Shown here: one piece after another, positions 61,439-64,000 of the stretch
Layout: every line of letters begins with the position of its first letter
Numbering within the stretch: the first letter of the stretch is position 1
Source: an uncultured cyanobacterium
GTDB taxonomy: Bacteria; Cyanobacteriota; Cyanobacteriia; Cyanobacteriales; Microcystaceae
DNA: 64,000 bases
Direction of reading: 5' to 3'
NCBI GenBank assembly: GCA_963807635.1
Contig: CAWEDJ010000040.1
Span: forward strand, 32,001 to 96,000
Made by a program: the position numbers and the translations under genes
The notes under the pieces: generated by a model
The model's input: only the letters and a program-made list of their open reading frames with translations
Told to the model about the DNA's origin: nothing
Database searches by the model: none

Positions 61439-63633
61439 ATGTCTCAAAAATATTGGACAATCACTTGTTTTGCCTACGTGATTGGATTATTCTCTACATT
61501 TTTGTTGACCGCAAATTCTTCCTGGTGGCAATGGCTCAATCTCATCGGGGTTTTGAGCTTTTTAAGTATTGTGTCCGCTCTTTTTATTCCCCAATGGTGG
61601 CGTAGGGGCCAAATCGAGCATTTTGGTTGTTCATGGGTTTAGTGGCTCTGATGGCGGCGGTATATTTTCAATGGAGATTACCCCAACCTAGCCCAACCGA
61701 TGTTAGCCGTATTTTATCCTCTTCTCAAATTGCTTCCCAAGCCGTTACCGTCAAAGGAGAATTAACCAGTGGGGGCAAAACGAATGCTAAAGGTCGAGTT
61801 CAGTTTTGGTTAGCTGTAGAATCAGCCCAAATTACTCAAAAATCAGCGTTTCAACCCATGACGGGAACTGTTTATTTGACCCTGCCCGCCTCGGTGGGAA
61901 CGGAGTTAAATGCTTGTCAACGGGTCATCGTTTCAGGGACACTCTATTTACCGAAAACCGCTTCCAATCCAGGGGCAATGGATTTTAGAAATTATTTGGC
62001 TAGTCAGGGCGTTTTTGCAGGATTAAGGGGAAAAAAAGCGAAGGTTGTGGGTTCGGGTTTCTGTTTACTTTCCCAACTGCGATCGCGGCTGGTGACAGTC
62101 CAGAGTGCCTGGTTACCGAAGGATGATCAGGGTAAAAGTACAGAAGGTTTGTTGCTCAGTTCCATTGTTTTGGGGTCAAAAGCCGTTAATTTACCCTACG
62201 AAACCCGTACTTTATTTAACCAGGTGGGTCTAGCCCATATTCTCGCCGCTTCAGGTTATCAGGTTTCTTTATTGGTCGGCACGGTGTTGCTCTTGGGAAA
62301 ATCCCTCTCTCCGCGATCGCGTTTTGGGTTAGGATTGCTGACTCTGTTGCTTTATTTGGGCTTAACAGGTTTTCAGTCTTCGGTTACTAGGGCGGGTGTA
62401 ATGTGGTTAGCGATTTTAGCGAGTGTCTTTGGCGATCGCAGGGTTAAACCGTTGGGATCGTTATTGGTAGCCGTCACCGTTTTATTGCTGATTATGCCGA
62501 TCTGGATTTGGGATTTGGGTTTTCAGTTAAGTGTTTTAGCGACCTTGGGAATTATCGTCACCGCGCCTTATTTAGAAAAAAAATTCGATTTCTTACCGCC
62601 AAAAATTGCCAATATCATCGCCATTCCCCTAGCGGCTTCTCTTTGGACACTGCCGCTACTGTTGAGTCAGTTTAGTTTGTTGTTTCTCCAAGCCATACCT
62701 TTGAATATTTTAGTTACGCCTTTAGTCGAAATTATCAGTTTGGGGGGAATGATTAGTGCGATCGCGGGCTTGATTATTCCGCCCCTTGGCAGTGGGATCA
62801 GCCTTTTACTTTATTACCCGATCCATTGGTTGATGGAAACCGCTAAATTTTTTAGTCAATTTTCCTCTTTTGCGCCAGGCAAAATGTCCATCGGTGTTTT
62901 GTTATTGATTTATCTTGGTATGGTCTTGATTTGGTTATTTCCTTGGTGGCAAAGGCGTTCCTTAATGGTTGGAACCGCAATGATCGGTTTGATTTTTTTA
63001 CCCCTAATTTATCAGCATTTCACCTTAAATAAAGTGACAATTTTTGATACTAACAAACAACCCGCTCTAGTCATCCAAAACCAAACTCAAGTTACTCTGA
63101 TCCACTATGGCGATCGCGAAACGAATCAATTTACCTTATCGCCATTTTTTGCTCAGGAAGCCATTAATCAGATTGAATGTGAATTGAATCTATCGGTTGC
63201 TCAAAAAACGCTCAGGGAAGAACAAACCCTGACATTTATGCCAAAGATTAAACAACAATTTTATCTCGACTCCCCAGAACTTTGTCCAAAAATTCAAAAA
63301 TTAAACGAAAATCTTCCGATTCTTCAACTTAATTTACCCGATCAAAATTGGTGGTTAGTAACCGACATAAAACGCCCTATTTCTAAGGAGAACTTGCCGA
63401 GAAACCAGTCTCCCGATGTTTTAATTTGGTCTGGCAAATCCTTAGATCCAACTTGGTTGGATACATTTAAGCCTAAAACAGCGATCGCGGTTTCCCGTTT
63501 CGTCGATCAAAACACTCGTGATTTATTAGAAAAAGAAGGAATTCGACTTTATGTGACGGGGATTGAGGGGGCAATTCAATGGACACCGCAAAAAGGCTTT
63601 TATACTAACTTCCCTGCTGAAAATTTACTATAG
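61439..63633 (+). CDS. comEC: ComEC/Rec2 competence protein (frameshift near 61607)
   Basis: NPGAMDF..YL, GLAHILAASGYQV, S..RA, GFQLS..AT. Confidence 0.9.
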
Positions 63634-63716
63634 ATTGTCAAAAGCTTTTGCTATTTCTAAAAAAATACAGCAATTTTAGTTAAATTTTAAGTCCAGTAAA
63701 ATTTTCAAGTAAAGTA

Positions 63717-63741
63717 AGGACATAATATATTATGTCCCTAC
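63717..63741 (-). repeat. GTAG-type REP palindrome
   Basis: Reverse complement is GTAGGGACATAATATATTATGTCCT. Confidence 0.9.
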
Positions 63742-63759
63742 AAAAATACGTCTAATCAA

Positions 63760-64000
63760 CTATAAATATCTTGTTAGTTGTATTCGATACCGTTCTTTTT
63801 TAGTTACTGCAATCTCACCCACTTCTAATCGTCCTTTTCCGCGAAAGGTAATCAGATCCCCCGATTTAATGTTATAGCTTGCCTGGGTAATATCTTTCCA
63901 GTTCACTCGCACGTCCCCCCCCGTAATCGCATCACTCATCTTGCTACGGGATAACCCAAATCCCGCAGAAGCGATCGCATCTAAACGTAAAGAAGCCTCT
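63760..64000 (-). CDS. Photosystem II S4-domain protein (YlmH/Sll1252 family), 3' part
   Basis: EASLRLDAIASAGFGLSRSKM...VRVNW...GDLITFRGKGRL...TKKERYRIQLTRYL*. Confidence 0.9.
   Translation of the reverse strand, partial: EASLRLDAIASAGFGLSRSKMSDAITGGDVRVNWKDITQASYNIKSGDLITFRGKGRLEVGEIAVTKKERYRIQLTRYL

Overview
64-kb chromosomal window from a unicellular (Chroococcales/Synechocystis-like) cyanobacterium, judged from dense HIP1 octamers (GCGATCGC), petJ, ftrC, a CemA/PxcA gene, the PSII S4-domain gene and a cyanobacterial 6S RNA. Housekeeping genes include dnaX (with a 129-aa mini-intein), purT, ssb, a mannose-1-P guanylyltransferase, tatC, rfbB, mutL, aas, pntB, ctaA, ureD, thrC-like/moaD and comEC. 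They are interspersed with small AT-rich defence and toxin-antitoxin cassettes: a Septu-like ATPase+HNH pair, a GmrSD-like DUF262/DUF1524 gene, BrnTA, HigA, MazF, an Rpn remnant, a type III Mod gene, a SMEK-domain gene and a small-protein + retropepsin pair. Several of these cassettes start or end at HIP1 sites, and two are flanked by longer HIP1-containing direct repeats. An IS256 and an ISAs1 mark a rearrangement that truncated an adenosine deaminase gene and left a type III mod gene without its res partner. About 13 frameshifts fall in conserved genes, 9 of them at or beside GGCC, so they are probably long-read basecalling errors at methylated sites rather than real pseudogenes. All family assignments come from motif recognition by eye; no searches were run.
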